Shown here in pieces: positions 27,176 to 36,178 of a stretch of DNA of 64,000 bases (positions are counted from its first letter, which is position 1; every line of letters begins with the position of its first letter). This stretch comes from Chryseobacterium sp. (GTDB taxonomy: Bacteria > Bacteroidota > Bacteroidia > Flavobacteriales > Weeksellaceae): NCBI GenBank assembly GCA_018260475.1, contig JAGLBA010000009.1, positions 8,741-72,740 on the forward strand. Direction: 5' to 3'. The position numbers were made by a program, and so were the translations under genes. Under the pieces are notes generated by a model. It had not been told where the DNA came from and searched no databases. It worked only from the letters and a program-made list of their open reading frames with translations.

Positions 27176-27226
27176 CTTTGTGCTATTGAGATAGACATTT
27201 GCAGTATGTGTGGGTTGGCTTAAAAA

Positions 27227-27862
27227 CTAAGATATTAGGAGTATTAAAATAACAAACACAACTAAAGCAATTGCTACCCAAACAAATACTTTCGGTCTGC
27301 CATCCGGGTTTTGTACGGTTCGCTGCTGGGATTTGAACAATTCTTCCGCATCATTTTTCAACTTCTCGCTTTCACTTTCGAAAATTTCGTTAAAGGTAAT
27401 TCCTTGAACCACAGATTGATTAATGAGGGTGTTGGTTGCCTGCAACACCACATGAAACTGCCCATTCTTGAAATCCGTAATGCGGAATTTCCGTTCGCCG
27501 TAAGTCGTATCTAATCCGAATGGTAAAATTTTAACGAGATCAGCATTGTTAGTTTGCCAGTTGAGGATGATTTCCTCACCTTTTTTCACACGGACTTTAT
27601 TGGCAGAGAAATTTCTAATATAAGGCGGAAGATGATTTCGGAAAGGCTTCTGCTGTCCAAAACTTTGGTCGAAAATCTTGCGGCGTTCGGGGTCATTTAG
27701 CGTATCGTAGGCTTCCTGTACCTCGCGGAAGCGTTCCACAAAGAATGCATCACCATCATTTTTATCCGGGTGGTATTTTAGGGAAAGTTTGCGGTAGGCA
27801 CGGCGGATTTCCTCCTCGCTGGAATCCTGCTTTACACCAAGAAAATAATAGTAATCTTTCAA
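27227..27862 (-). CDS. J-domain (DnaJ-like) protein with C-terminal membrane anchor
   Basis: KDYYYFLGV...AYRKLSLKYHPDKN J-domain with HPD. C-terminal TM segment VFVWVAIALVVFVILILLIS. The J-domain normally starts at the N-terminus, so TTG 27862 (MKDYYY) is preferred over the ORF-track 27973; the start remains uncertain. Confidence 0.7.
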   Translation of the reverse strand: MKDYYYFLGVKQDSSEEEIRRAYRKLSLKYHPDKNDGDAFFVERFREVQEAYDTLNDPERRKIFDQSFGQQKPFRNHLPPYIRNFSANKVRVKKGEEIILNWQTNNADLVKILPFGLDTTYGERKFRITDFKNGQFHVVLQATNTLINQSVVQGITFNEIFESESEKLKNDAEELFKSQQRTVQNPDGRPKVFVWVAIALVVFVILILLIS

Positions 27863-28178
27863 AAAAAATCGTTTTAACAAAAGTAAAAAAACTATCACAC
27901 TTATTTTAAACTTAATTTTAATCCGATCAATCCGTAAAATATTATTCCTACACGGATTTGCACAAATATTCAAACCAATCTATGGGTGAGATTTCTTCCA
28001 TCATCCGCTAAATCAAATCAATCTGAATGAGATATTTATTGCTAACAAAAACGATTCGTGGAAATCTGTGAAATCTGTGAGAATTTATTTATCCGCTTAA
28101 TTTATGTTCATCAAAACTTAACACAAACTTCATTTTAAATAAAAACCGCAATCCGTAACTTCGGGAAAATATAAAAGG

Positions 28179-29630
28179 ATGGAAAAAGATTTTAAAAACA
28201 TCTATACAAAATTAGAAGATCTTGAAACATCATTGCTGGATGCAGAAAAGATTCAGCAGGAAAACATCAAAAAACTGCATAAAGACCAGCAGCATAGCGC
28301 CAAAAACTTCATCCATTACTTAAAATTCAGAAGTGAAGACATCCGCAGTCTGCAAACGGAACTTCATAACCTCGGACTCTCCTCCTTGGCCAGCTCGGAA
28401 AGCAGCATCATCTGCCAAATTCGCGCTGTACTTAGCAGATTGGGAAAGGTTTATGATGATAATGAATGCTCAGAAGATAGTTTCGGAAACGCACAACTTG
28501 ATAAAAAAAGTAACCTGCTCTTCGGAGAAAAGGAAGGCAATATGCCTCATGTGATGGTCACTTTCGATCGCAGTTTTACTCATGATACCGAGTATCTGCA
28601 ACAACTTTTGGAGGCCGGGATGAACATTGCCAGAATCAATTGCGCGCATGATGACGAACAAACTTGGGCGGGTATGATTTCAAATCTGAACACCGCCATT
28701 GCAAAATCTGGACAGGATTGTAAAATCTACATGGATCTTGCCGGGCCAAAAATCCGCACCGAGATTTTAGGTAAAGGAAACAAAAAAGGCTTCATTAAAA
28801 TAGAAGAAAAAACTGAATTTCTTTTGGCAGAGAAGTCAGCTAAATTCAGCAAAAAAGATATTGTGATCGGTTGCGGAATTGATGGAATCGTAGCTCAACT
28901 GAAACCGGACGAGCACATCCTTTTCGACGATGGTGCATTGGAAGCACGCGTTTTAGAAGTGAATGATGAAACCGCAAAACTCGGCTTGATCCGAAACTCC
29001 AAAGCCAACCTAAAAATGAAAGCCGAAAAGGGCATCAACTTCCCGGATACCGATTTGCAGGTAGATGCTCTTACTGATTTCGACAAGGAATGCCTGCCTT
29101 TTATTTGTGAAAATGCCGATCTGATTGGTTATTCTTTCGTAAAATCTGCCGAAGATTTAAAAAATCTACAAACCCTACTTTCCTCAGAAAAAAATCATCC
29201 AAAAATAGTCCTTAAGATAGAAACGCCGCAGGCGGTACGCAACCTCCCGGAACTGCTGCTGCAAGGGATGCAGGACAATGTTTTCGGGGTGATGATTGCG
29301 CGCGGGGACCTCGCGGTAGAGGTTGGTTTTGAAAAGATGAGCGAAATTCAGGATCAAATTCTCTGGTTCTGCGAAGCGGCTCATGTTCCCGTGATCTGGG
29401 CGACACAAGTTCTGGAAACCCTACATAAAACGGGCATTGCCACTCGCTCAGAAGTTACCGATGCCGCCCACGCCGCCATGGCGGAATGCGTGATGCTGAA
29501 CAAAGGCGATTATACGCTGGAGGTACTGCATGCGCTGAGGGATATTTTGGCGAGAAACATCAGCCATCACAACAAAAAAACTTACAATATGCGCCCACTA
29601 AAAATTGCAAAAGCGTTTTTTGAAAAATAA
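28179..29630 (+). CDS. pyruvate kinase-family barrel protein with atypical architecture
   Basis: PK motifs NIARINCAHD, KIETPQAVRNL and MIARGDLAVEVG. About 120 aa of extra helical N-terminus, and no obvious C-terminal regulatory domain. Confidence 0.75.
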   Translation: MEKDFKNIYTKLEDLETSLLDAEKIQQENIKKLHKDQQHSAKNFIHYLKFRSEDIRSLQTELHNLGLSSLASSESSIICQIRAVLSRLGKVYDDNECSEDSFGNAQLDKKSNLLFGEKEGNMPHVMVTFDRSFTHDTEYLQQLLEAGMNIARINCAHDDEQTWAGMISNLNTAIAKSGQDCKIYMDLAGPKIRTEILGKGNKKGFIKIEEKTEFLLAEKSAKFSKKDIVIGCGIDGIVAQLKPDEHILFDDGALEARVLEVNDETAKLGLIRNSKANLKMKAEKGINFPDTDLQVDALTDFDKECLPFICENADLIGYSFVKSAEDLKNLQTLLSSEKNHPKIVLKIETPQAVRNLPELLLQGMQDNVFGVMIARGDLAVEVGFEKMSEIQDQILWFCEAAHVPVIWATQVLETLHKTGIATRSEVTDAAHAAMAECVMLNKGDYTLEVLHALRDILARNISHHNKKTYNMRPLKIAKAFFEK

Positions 29631-29639
29631 TTCTCGACA

Positions 29640-29670
29640 AAAAGGACAGTTTAAAATCGACTGTCCTTTT
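29640..29670. terminator. bidirectional intrinsic terminator between convergent genes
   Basis: Stem aaaaggacagt/actgtcctttt with a 9-nt loop and a T-rich tail. Confidence 0.75.
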
Positions 29671-29692
29671 TTCTTTATTACATTAAAAAATT

Positions 29693-30526
29693 CTATCCTC
29701 CTACGAAGTCGCCCCCATTGATATGGATGATTTCTCCGGTGATGTAACTGGAATCTTCCGATGCTAAAAACACATAGGCCGGCGCCACTTCGGACGGTTG
29801 GCCGCCACGTTTTAGAGCCGTTTTTTTACCAAAATTCTTCAGATCGTCGAAGGTTTCCTTTACCAAAGGCGTCCAGATTGGGCCTGGAGCCACACCATTG
29901 ACCAAAATATTTTTCTCTGCCAAATTCACTGCTAGTGACCGTACAAAAGTCGTTATAGCGCCCTTCGTAGCGGAATAATCTATTAAATGATCGCTGCCGC
30001 GATAGGAAGTAACGGAAGTAGTGCAGATGATTCGCCCGCCAGCAGGCATGATCGGCAACATATCCCGCGTAAGACTGATCATTGCTAAAATATTGGTGTC
30101 AAAAGTTTTAGCGATTTGGTCATCAGAAATTTCGGAAATATCATCTTTCGGGAATTGCACACCGGCATTGTTCACGAGGATATCTAATGTATCGAACTCA
30201 TCTTTTACCGTTTGGAAAATTTTCTTGCGAAAAACTTTTTTGGTGAGATCACCTTTTAGCAAAATGCAATTTCTGCCCTCTTTTTCCACTAATTTTTTAG
30301 TTTCTTTGGCATCGCGGTCATGGGTTTGGTACACGATGGCAACATCCGCCCCTTCTCTGGCAAAATGAACGGCTACGGCTTGTCCAATTCCGCTATCTCC
30401 GCCTGTAATCAGTGCTGCCTTATTGAAAAGTTTGTCGCTGCCTGTGTAACTTGGGCGGATAATTTCTGGGTAGAGTCCTTCATCAGGCACCGCACCTTTA
30501 GCGGCAGATTTATTTTTAGTTTTCAT
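29693..30526 (-). CDS. SDR family oxidoreductase
   Basis: TGGDSGIGQAVA cofactor motif, NNAG, and catalytic YSATKGAI (YxxxK). Confidence 0.9.
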   Translation of the reverse strand: MKTKNKSAAKGAVPDEGLYPEIIRPSYTGSDKLFNKAALITGGDSGIGQAVAVHFAREGADVAIVYQTHDRDAKETKKLVEKEGRNCILLKGDLTKKVFRKKIFQTVKDEFDTLDILVNNAGVQFPKDDISEISDDQIAKTFDTNILAMISLTRDMLPIMPAGGRIICTTSVTSYRGSDHLIDYSATKGAITTFVRSLAVNLAEKNILVNGVAPGPIWTPLVKETFDDLKNFGKKTALKRGGQPSEVAPAYVFLASEDSSYITGEIIHINGGDFVGG

Positions 30527-30631
30527 TTTTAATAATTTTTTTTTGTTAAATTATGGCTGATTCTTCTATTCTTATTTTAATTTTTTACTAATTTAATAAA
30601 AAAATAAAAGGCGGACTATCATTAACGGGAT

Positions 30632-31009
30632 TTAAATTTGGTAGAACTCCAACGGAAGGCCATCTGGATCTTGTGTGAAAAAGAATTTTTTCTCGGTAAA
30701 TTCATCTGTTCGAATTTCTTCACAATTTAAGTTTTTGCTAATGAGTTCCGTACGTTTGTCGTCCACACTATCTACCGCGAAAGCCAGGTGCCGAAGGCCG
30801 CAACTTTCCGGGCGCGACGGCCTCGGTGGCGGATCGGGAAAAGAAAATAATTCAATCACATAATGATCGCCAATCGCTAAATCCAGTTTATAAGAATGTC
30901 TTTCAGCGCGGTAATTTTCTCGAATGATGTTTAATCCTAAAATTTCGGTGTAAAATCTTTTGGAAATATCATAATTTGAACAAATAATAGCGATGTGGTG
31001 GATATGCAT
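30632..31009 (-). CDS. VOC/glyoxalase-I-like metalloprotein (YaeR-like)
   Basis: 125 aa. MHIHHIAIICSNYDISKRFY...IELFSFPDPPPRPSRPESCGLRHLAF...DPDGLPLEFYQ. Confidence 0.85.
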   Translation of the reverse strand: MHIHHIAIICSNYDISKRFYTEILGLNIIRENYRAERHSYKLDLAIGDHYVIELFSFPDPPPRPSRPESCGLRHLAFAVDSVDDKRTELISKNLNCEEIRTDEFTEKKFFFTQDPDGLPLEFYQI

Positions 31010-31113
31010 GAGTATTATATTTTGGCTATAAAGTTATTAAAACAACATTTATTTAAATTGAAATTCAAAAAATAAGTACCCTATTCATCAATAAAAACTA
31101 CCATAAAAATCGC

Positions 31114-31121
31114 TAAATTTG
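31114..31121 (+). promoter_or_regulatory. -7 promoter box (TAAATTTG) only 4 nt upstream of the mutS2-like GTG
   Basis: Reads TAAATTTG-CGCT-GTG, the same 4-nt spacing as at dgt. Confidence 0.35.
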
Positions 31122-31125
31122 CGCT

Positions 31126-33273
31126 GTGCACATACATATAGAAGATTTACAGGAACTAGAATTTCCGGCATTGCTAGCGGAAATCGCACCATTTGCTTTT
31201 TCGCCAAAAACGGCGGAAAGAATTATGAATTTGCAACCGCTACCGCTGGAAACAGCAGAAATACAACTCAAAAAAACTGCCGAATATCTCACAAGTTTTG
31301 AGAGCGCAAACGCCATTCCCTTTCATGAATACGAGGATATAGAGCAGGAAATCAAGGTGATGACCATTGAGAATTTCCGACTGGAAAATGCGGGATTTAT
31401 CAAAATAAAAAACATCACGGAGCAAATCGGGAAACTGCAAAAATTCTTCCCAACGCTCGCCGATACCTTCCCAAATCTCTTGGAAGAAGTTCGCATTTTA
31501 GAATTTCGGAAAGAAATCATCGACAAAATCGATAAGGTTTTCAATCGTTTCGGCGAGGTAAAAAGCGAGGCGTCGCCAGAGCTTAAAACCTTAAGAACGG
31601 AAATACAACACGCGAGAAAAACCATTGACGAAAATTTCGGGCGCGCTTTAGCGGCCTATGCATCGGGTGAAATGCTGGACGATATCCGCGAAACGGTGAT
31701 AGAAGATCAACGCGTATTGGCCGTGAAATCGGCTTACAAAAAACGAATCCCGGGACGCACTTTGGGCATTTCGAAAACTGGGTCCATTACTTATATTCAA
31801 CCCGAAAGCGTGGTAAAACACTATTTCAAACTGCGTGAAAACGAAGAGGCCGAAAAAAAAGAAGTTGATAAGATCCTGAGAAAACTCACCGCAGAAATTG
31901 CAGAATTTCAACCACAATTAGCAGATTATCAGCAGTATATATTTGGATTAGACTTGGTTCGTGCAAAGGCAAAATTTGCCGAGAAAATCCACGGAATTTT
32001 ACCAAAAATCAACCGCCACAAAACCATGCGTCTTGTAAACGCCTTTCACCCACTGCTTTTCATCCGAAATCTGGAGGAGAAAAAGAAGATTTTTCCGCAG
32101 TCTCTCACCTTTACGGAACATAACCGCATCATCTGTATCTCCGGACCCAATGCGGGTGGGAAATCCATCACGCTGAAAACCGTGGGAATACTCCAACTCA
32201 TGATTCAAAGCGGTATTTTGGTTCCCGTGCATCCCAAGTCGGAAATGTTTTTCTTTGACAAGATCATGACGGATATTGGAGATAACCAGTCCATTGAAAA
32301 CCACCTCTCCACCTACTCTTCCCGATTGAAAAAAATGTCGGGCATCATTCGCGAAGCCGATGCCGGAACGCTGCTATTGATTGATGAATTTGGGACTGGA
32401 TCCGACCCTGAACTGGGCGGCGCGCTTGCGGAAAGTTTCTTGGAGTTTTTCTATGGTAAAAAATCTTTTGCGATCATTACAACCCACTATACCAACATCA
32501 AACTTGTTATAGAGGCATTGCCAAACGCTCAAAATGCCGCCATGCTTTTCGATGAAAAAACATTGGAACCGCTCTACAAACTGGAAATTGGGCAAGCGGG
32601 TAGTTCGTTTACATTCGAGGTGGCGGAGAAGAATAAAATACCGCAATTTATCATTCGATCCGCCAAGAAAAAGGTAGAAAAAGATGTGGTAAATCTGGAT
32701 AAGACTATCGTAAAACTTCAACAAGAAAAATTTGAGGTGGAAAAACTAAAATCTAATCTTGCGGAAACGCGTGATTCTGTGGAAGATAAGCGCGATAATT
32801 TACAAAAACTGAACGAGCAACTACAACAAAAACTTTTCAATTTCCAGAAACTTTACGAAGAAGAACACCGAAAATTGCAATTCGGGAACAAGATAGAAGG
32901 TTTTATAGATTCCTACATTAATGGAAAGGCCCGAAAGGATGTGGTGACGGATTTTGTGAAAATTTTGGAGCAGGAAAAATTCCGTAAAATAGGCACGGAC
33001 ACTACGGAATCCAAGCGCCTACAAGTCATCAAACGGAAAATCACGCAGCAACTGAAACAGCAGGATGTTCGGGAAAAAATTGCCGAAACGCACGAAAAAA
33101 TAGAGGAAAAAACGAAAAAAGAACGCGCAGTTTGGCTAAAACCCGGTCAACGCGTGCGCATCTCCGGCTCCACCAGCGTGGGGACCATCGAAAAAATCGA
33201 AAAAAATAAAGTCACCGTGAACTATGGCACCTTCAAAACGCAAATAGATGCAGGGGAATTGGAGAGGATTTAA
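31126..33273 (+). CDS. mutS2: MutS2-family protein (MutS domain V ATPase), lacking a C-terminal Smr domain
   Basis: Walker A GPNAGGKS and LLLIDEFGTGSDP. Long coiled coil, then a KOW-like end ...RVRISGSTSVGTIEKIEKNKVTVNYG... and stop. GTG is the only in-frame start before the conserved LEF... N-terminus. Confidence 0.8.
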   Translation: MHIHIEDLQELEFPALLAEIAPFAFSPKTAERIMNLQPLPLETAEIQLKKTAEYLTSFESANAIPFHEYEDIEQEIKVMTIENFRLENAGFIKIKNITEQIGKLQKFFPTLADTFPNLLEEVRILEFRKEIIDKIDKVFNRFGEVKSEASPELKTLRTEIQHARKTIDENFGRALAAYASGEMLDDIRETVIEDQRVLAVKSAYKKRIPGRTLGISKTGSITYIQPESVVKHYFKLRENEEAEKKEVDKILRKLTAEIAEFQPQLADYQQYIFGLDLVRAKAKFAEKIHGILPKINRHKTMRLVNAFHPLLFIRNLEEKKKIFPQSLTFTEHNRIICISGPNAGGKSITLKTVGILQLMIQSGILVPVHPKSEMFFFDKIMTDIGDNQSIENHLSTYSSRLKKMSGIIREADAGTLLLIDEFGTGSDPELGGALAESFLEFFYGKKSFAIITTHYTNIKLVIEALPNAQNAAMLFDEKTLEPLYKLEIGQAGSSFTFEVAEKNKIPQFIIRSAKKKVEKDVVNLDKTIVKLQQEKFEVEKLKSNLAETRDSVEDKRDNLQKLNEQLQQKLFNFQKLYEEEHRKLQFGNKIEGFIDSYINGKARKDVVTDFVKILEQEKFRKIGTDTTESKRLQVIKRKITQQLKQQDVREKIAETHEKIEEKTKKERAVWLKPGQRVRISGSTSVGTIEKIEKNKVTVNYGTFKTQIDAGELERI

Positions 33274-33310
33274 TATATGTAATGAGTGATGGATGATAGG
33301 TGGTGGGTAA

Positions 33311-35611
33311 TTACTTCAACCTCCCGACTTCATCATTAACTTTCTTTTCCTTAAATGCTGATTTTGAGACTTTTCCGAAATTGTATTTTAGGTTTAATGA
33401 TATTTCGCGTGTATCGGTATAGAAGATATTTTTTGAACTGATAGCGCCGTAATTGAGTAATTCGGAGAATTTCATTTGTTTAAAAACATCATTAAACCTT
33501 AATGAAAAATCCAGATTTTTATAAGATTTATTCATACCTAAATTCAAGATATACTGGGCATTGCGCTCATAAATTCCCTGCGTTCTTTTGGTGAGGACAT
33601 AGCCATCGAAAAGAAAGTCAAATCCCTTTGGCAAAGTCACGGTGTTGCTGGAATAAAAATACAGATAAGGCTGGGATTTACGAAGAGCCGCCGTGCTATC
33701 GGTCGTTTTATCATACGCCGCCGAAAGGCTGTTTTGGGAAGTCAGTTTGCGCCATTTTACAGGGAAATCCATGCCTAAAGATACCCCCGAATCACGGTCA
33801 AAATTCACCACCGTAAAACGCGAGACATTTCGCACCGAATCATAAACTAAAGTATAACCCACCGGATTTTTGCTGCGGTAGGCCGATGCCGTTACAGACC
33901 AGTCATTTATTGTATAATTTGCAGTAAAAGTGTCGGTAAAAGTTGGGAGAACATTGAAATTTCCCGCATATTCCACATACGGACTGCTGTAGAGCGCGCC
34001 GCCGGAGATATCGCCGTAATTTGGGCGGGAAACGGTTTTAGAATAATTTAGCGTGATGGTTTGGATCGTATCGAGTTTATAAGAAACTTCCGCACTTGGG
34101 AACAGATCACTTCTTTTTCTATCAATATTTACACCCATTCCTTCTATTACTTTTCCTTTGGCATCGGAAGTTTCCAGGCGTAGCCCTGCTTTTGCACTCC
34201 ACTTTTCTCCACTTCTCGACAACTGCGAATATGCGGCGAGGTTGTTTTCCTGAAAATTATATTTATAAATTTCCGGAGCAGCCGAATTGCTGGCTTTCGC
34301 CCAATTATTTGCAGTGGAGACCGCATTGGTATGACTGCCGCCCACTTCAATCTTATAACTTTCACCAATGTTTTTTTCAGCATCTATCCTACCCGACTGC
34401 GCGTATGCATCGGATTGATTATCGCGAGATTGTGCATAGAGGAAACCCGAATTATTGGTATCGTTATAAAAATCATACAGCGTAGTCCGGTTCCGCATCG
34501 TGTATTGGAATCCCGTGAAGATATTGGCGCCAATCGAAATTAATTTTTTGTTGTAATTAAAGAAAGCATTGGCATAATTTCTCTTATCCGCTGTGATACT
34601 TTTAGTTAAAACTTGCTGTGGCTGGTCCTTTTGAGAATAAAAAGTTTGGGTAAGAAACGGTCCCGAATCTGTGCGGAAATCGCCATTGGCAGAAAATGAA
34701 ATATAATCACCATCATTCAAATCTTGGTAAAACCCAAGACCGGCCAAGTATTGCGGGCGTTTCGTGAGGGCTTCTATAATATAATTTGAGCGGATATTTT
34801 TACCCAAAACCGAATAATCATAGCCGTTACTTTCCCAATGGTTCAGCTGGTTATAGCCCAGATTTGCTTTAAATTCAGATTTATTTTTCTTAAAATGGAA
34901 ATTTGCCGCGCTATAATTATTGAATTTTTTCCTCCAAGCTAAAGTTTCGGAAAGTGACATTTTAAAACCATCCTTTGCCGATTTTTTTAAATTGATTTTT
35001 ATTACCGCTTTTCCTTGCGCAGAATATTTAGCAGAAGGATTTTTAATCAGTTCCACACTTTGGATATCATCAGGAGAAAGCGCTGCAAAAGCCTTAAAAT
35101 CAACCTCTTGATTGCCAATGAAAAGTATCGGCGTACCTTTCCCAATCATGGATAAAGACTCGCTGTCGGCACCAATAATTACAGACGGCAACCGGGAAAG
35201 TAAATCCGTGGTAGTGGGCGTTTTGCTAAAGGACGAACCTGCAATATCCACTAAAATACTCCCACCCGAAACGCTGAATGCTTTTTTCTTTTTGGTTAAA
35301 GTTACCGTCTCGATAACCTTTGTTTTGGTAAAATTTTCAAATTTGAAACTGCGATTTTTATCGAGTACGAACATAGGCTCATCGGCTTCTATCCCGTTGT
35401 TGGAGATTAATTTTAATTGGTATTTCCCGGTTGGAACTTCGTTAAAATCAAATATTCCGTTTTCAGAAATTGCCGAACGGATGGGTTCATTTTTTTCATT
35501 AAGCAAAAAGACTTCGGATTCTAGCTTATCATCAATTTCCCCATGTATAGAAAAATTTTGACAAAATAAAAAACCTGTCACAAAGAGAAAAAGAGTGGAT
35601 AAAATTTTCAT
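33311..35611 (-). CDS. outer-membrane beta-barrel protein, TonB-dependent-receptor-like, with carboxypeptidase-regulatory-like N-domain
   Basis: 766 aa. Signal peptide MKILSTLFLFVTGFLFCQ. N-terminal ...IHGEI.D....V.L......SA.S..NG.F.F..VP.GKY.L, then a plug-like segment and a long Y/N/S-rich barrel. Confidence 0.75.
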   Translation of the reverse strand: MKILSTLFLFVTGFLFCQNFSIHGEIDDKLESEVFLLNEKNEPIRSAISENGIFDFNEVPTGKYQLKLISNNGIEADEPMFVLDKNRSFKFENFTKTKVIETVTLTKKKKAFSVSGGSILVDIAGSSFSKTPTTTDLLSRLPSVIIGADSESLSMIGKGTPILFIGNQEVDFKAFAALSPDDIQSVELIKNPSAKYSAQGKAVIKINLKKSAKDGFKMSLSETLAWRKKFNNYSAANFHFKKNKSEFKANLGYNQLNHWESNGYDYSVLGKNIRSNYIIEALTKRPQYLAGLGFYQDLNDGDYISFSANGDFRTDSGPFLTQTFYSQKDQPQQVLTKSITADKRNYANAFFNYNKKLISIGANIFTGFQYTMRNRTTLYDFYNDTNNSGFLYAQSRDNQSDAYAQSGRIDAEKNIGESYKIEVGGSHTNAVSTANNWAKASNSAAPEIYKYNFQENNLAAYSQLSRSGEKWSAKAGLRLETSDAKGKVIEGMGVNIDRKRSDLFPSAEVSYKLDTIQTITLNYSKTVSRPNYGDISGGALYSSPYVEYAGNFNVLPTFTDTFTANYTINDWSVTASAYRSKNPVGYTLVYDSVRNVSRFTVVNFDRDSGVSLGMDFPVKWRKLTSQNSLSAAYDKTTDSTAALRKSQPYLYFYSSNTVTLPKGFDFLFDGYVLTKRTQGIYERNAQYILNLGMNKSYKNLDFSLRFNDVFKQMKFSELLNYGAISSKNIFYTDTREISLNLKYNFGKVSKSAFKEKKVNDEVGRLK

Positions 35612-35755
35612 TTATAAACATTTAAGATACAAAAATACTATTTTAAAAGAGGTTTAAACCATTTTAGTTTAAAATACTTAAAGTTTTAACATTAAAATTT
35701 TCATGCTCATTATCAATGACTTAAATAAAATAATGAAAAATTTCACTACTTTGTA

Positions 35756-35787
35756 TTGCAAAATACTAAAACTATTTAATATCTTTG
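35756..35787 (+). promoter_or_regulatory. TTG-N21-TATCTTTG promoter for the padR-pspC operon
   Basis: -33 TTG at 35756-35758 and -7 TAnnTTTG at 35780-35787, 50 nt upstream of ATG 35837. Confidence 0.45.
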
Positions 35788-35836
35788 CTGTGTCAAGATT
35801 AAGAATATTCAATTTTATACCAATAACCAAAATAAT

Positions 35837-36166
35837 ATGAACACAGAAAACACAAAAGCGCAAATGCGCAAGGGCATTCTGGAATTCTGTATTTTGAGTC
35901 TTATACAGCAGAAGGAAATGTATGTCTCCGACCTGATAGGCGAACTCAAAAAAGGAAGACTGGATGTGGTGGAAGGTACCCTCTACCCGCTCCTCACAAG
36001 ATTAAAAAACGGCGAATTCCTATCCTACCGCTGGGAAGAATCTACAGGAGGCCCGCCGAGAAAGTATTACCAAATCACCGCGAAGGGCGAAAAATTCCTC
36101 GCTGAACTGGAAATCACCTGGAAAGAACTCACAGAATCAGTAAACCAAATCACCAAGAAATATTAA
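35837..36166 (+). CDS. PadR family transcriptional regulator
   Basis: 109 aa. ILEFCILSLI...YVSDLI...GTLYPLLTRLKNGEFLSYRWEES winged-helix pattern. Confidence 0.9.
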   Translation: MNTENTKAQMRKGILEFCILSLIQQKEMYVSDLIGELKKGRLDVVEGTLYPLLTRLKNGEFLSYRWEESTGGPPRKYYQITAKGEKFLAELEITWKELTESVNQITKKY

Positions 36167-36178
36167 AAAGTAAACACC

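Noticed and set aside
27035-27226. Expected glycine riboswitch upstream of gcvP
   Set aside because: Reading the minus strand, I could not find the conserved GGAGAG...CACCG...CTCTGGAGAG-type aptamer blocks. Only an AT-rich spacer with a 15-bp direct repeat is present.
35678-35863. 61-aa minus-strand ORF in the padR upstream spacer
   Set aside because: It is an AT-rich low-complexity translation (I/L/K/F) that overlaps the padR promoter and start codon.
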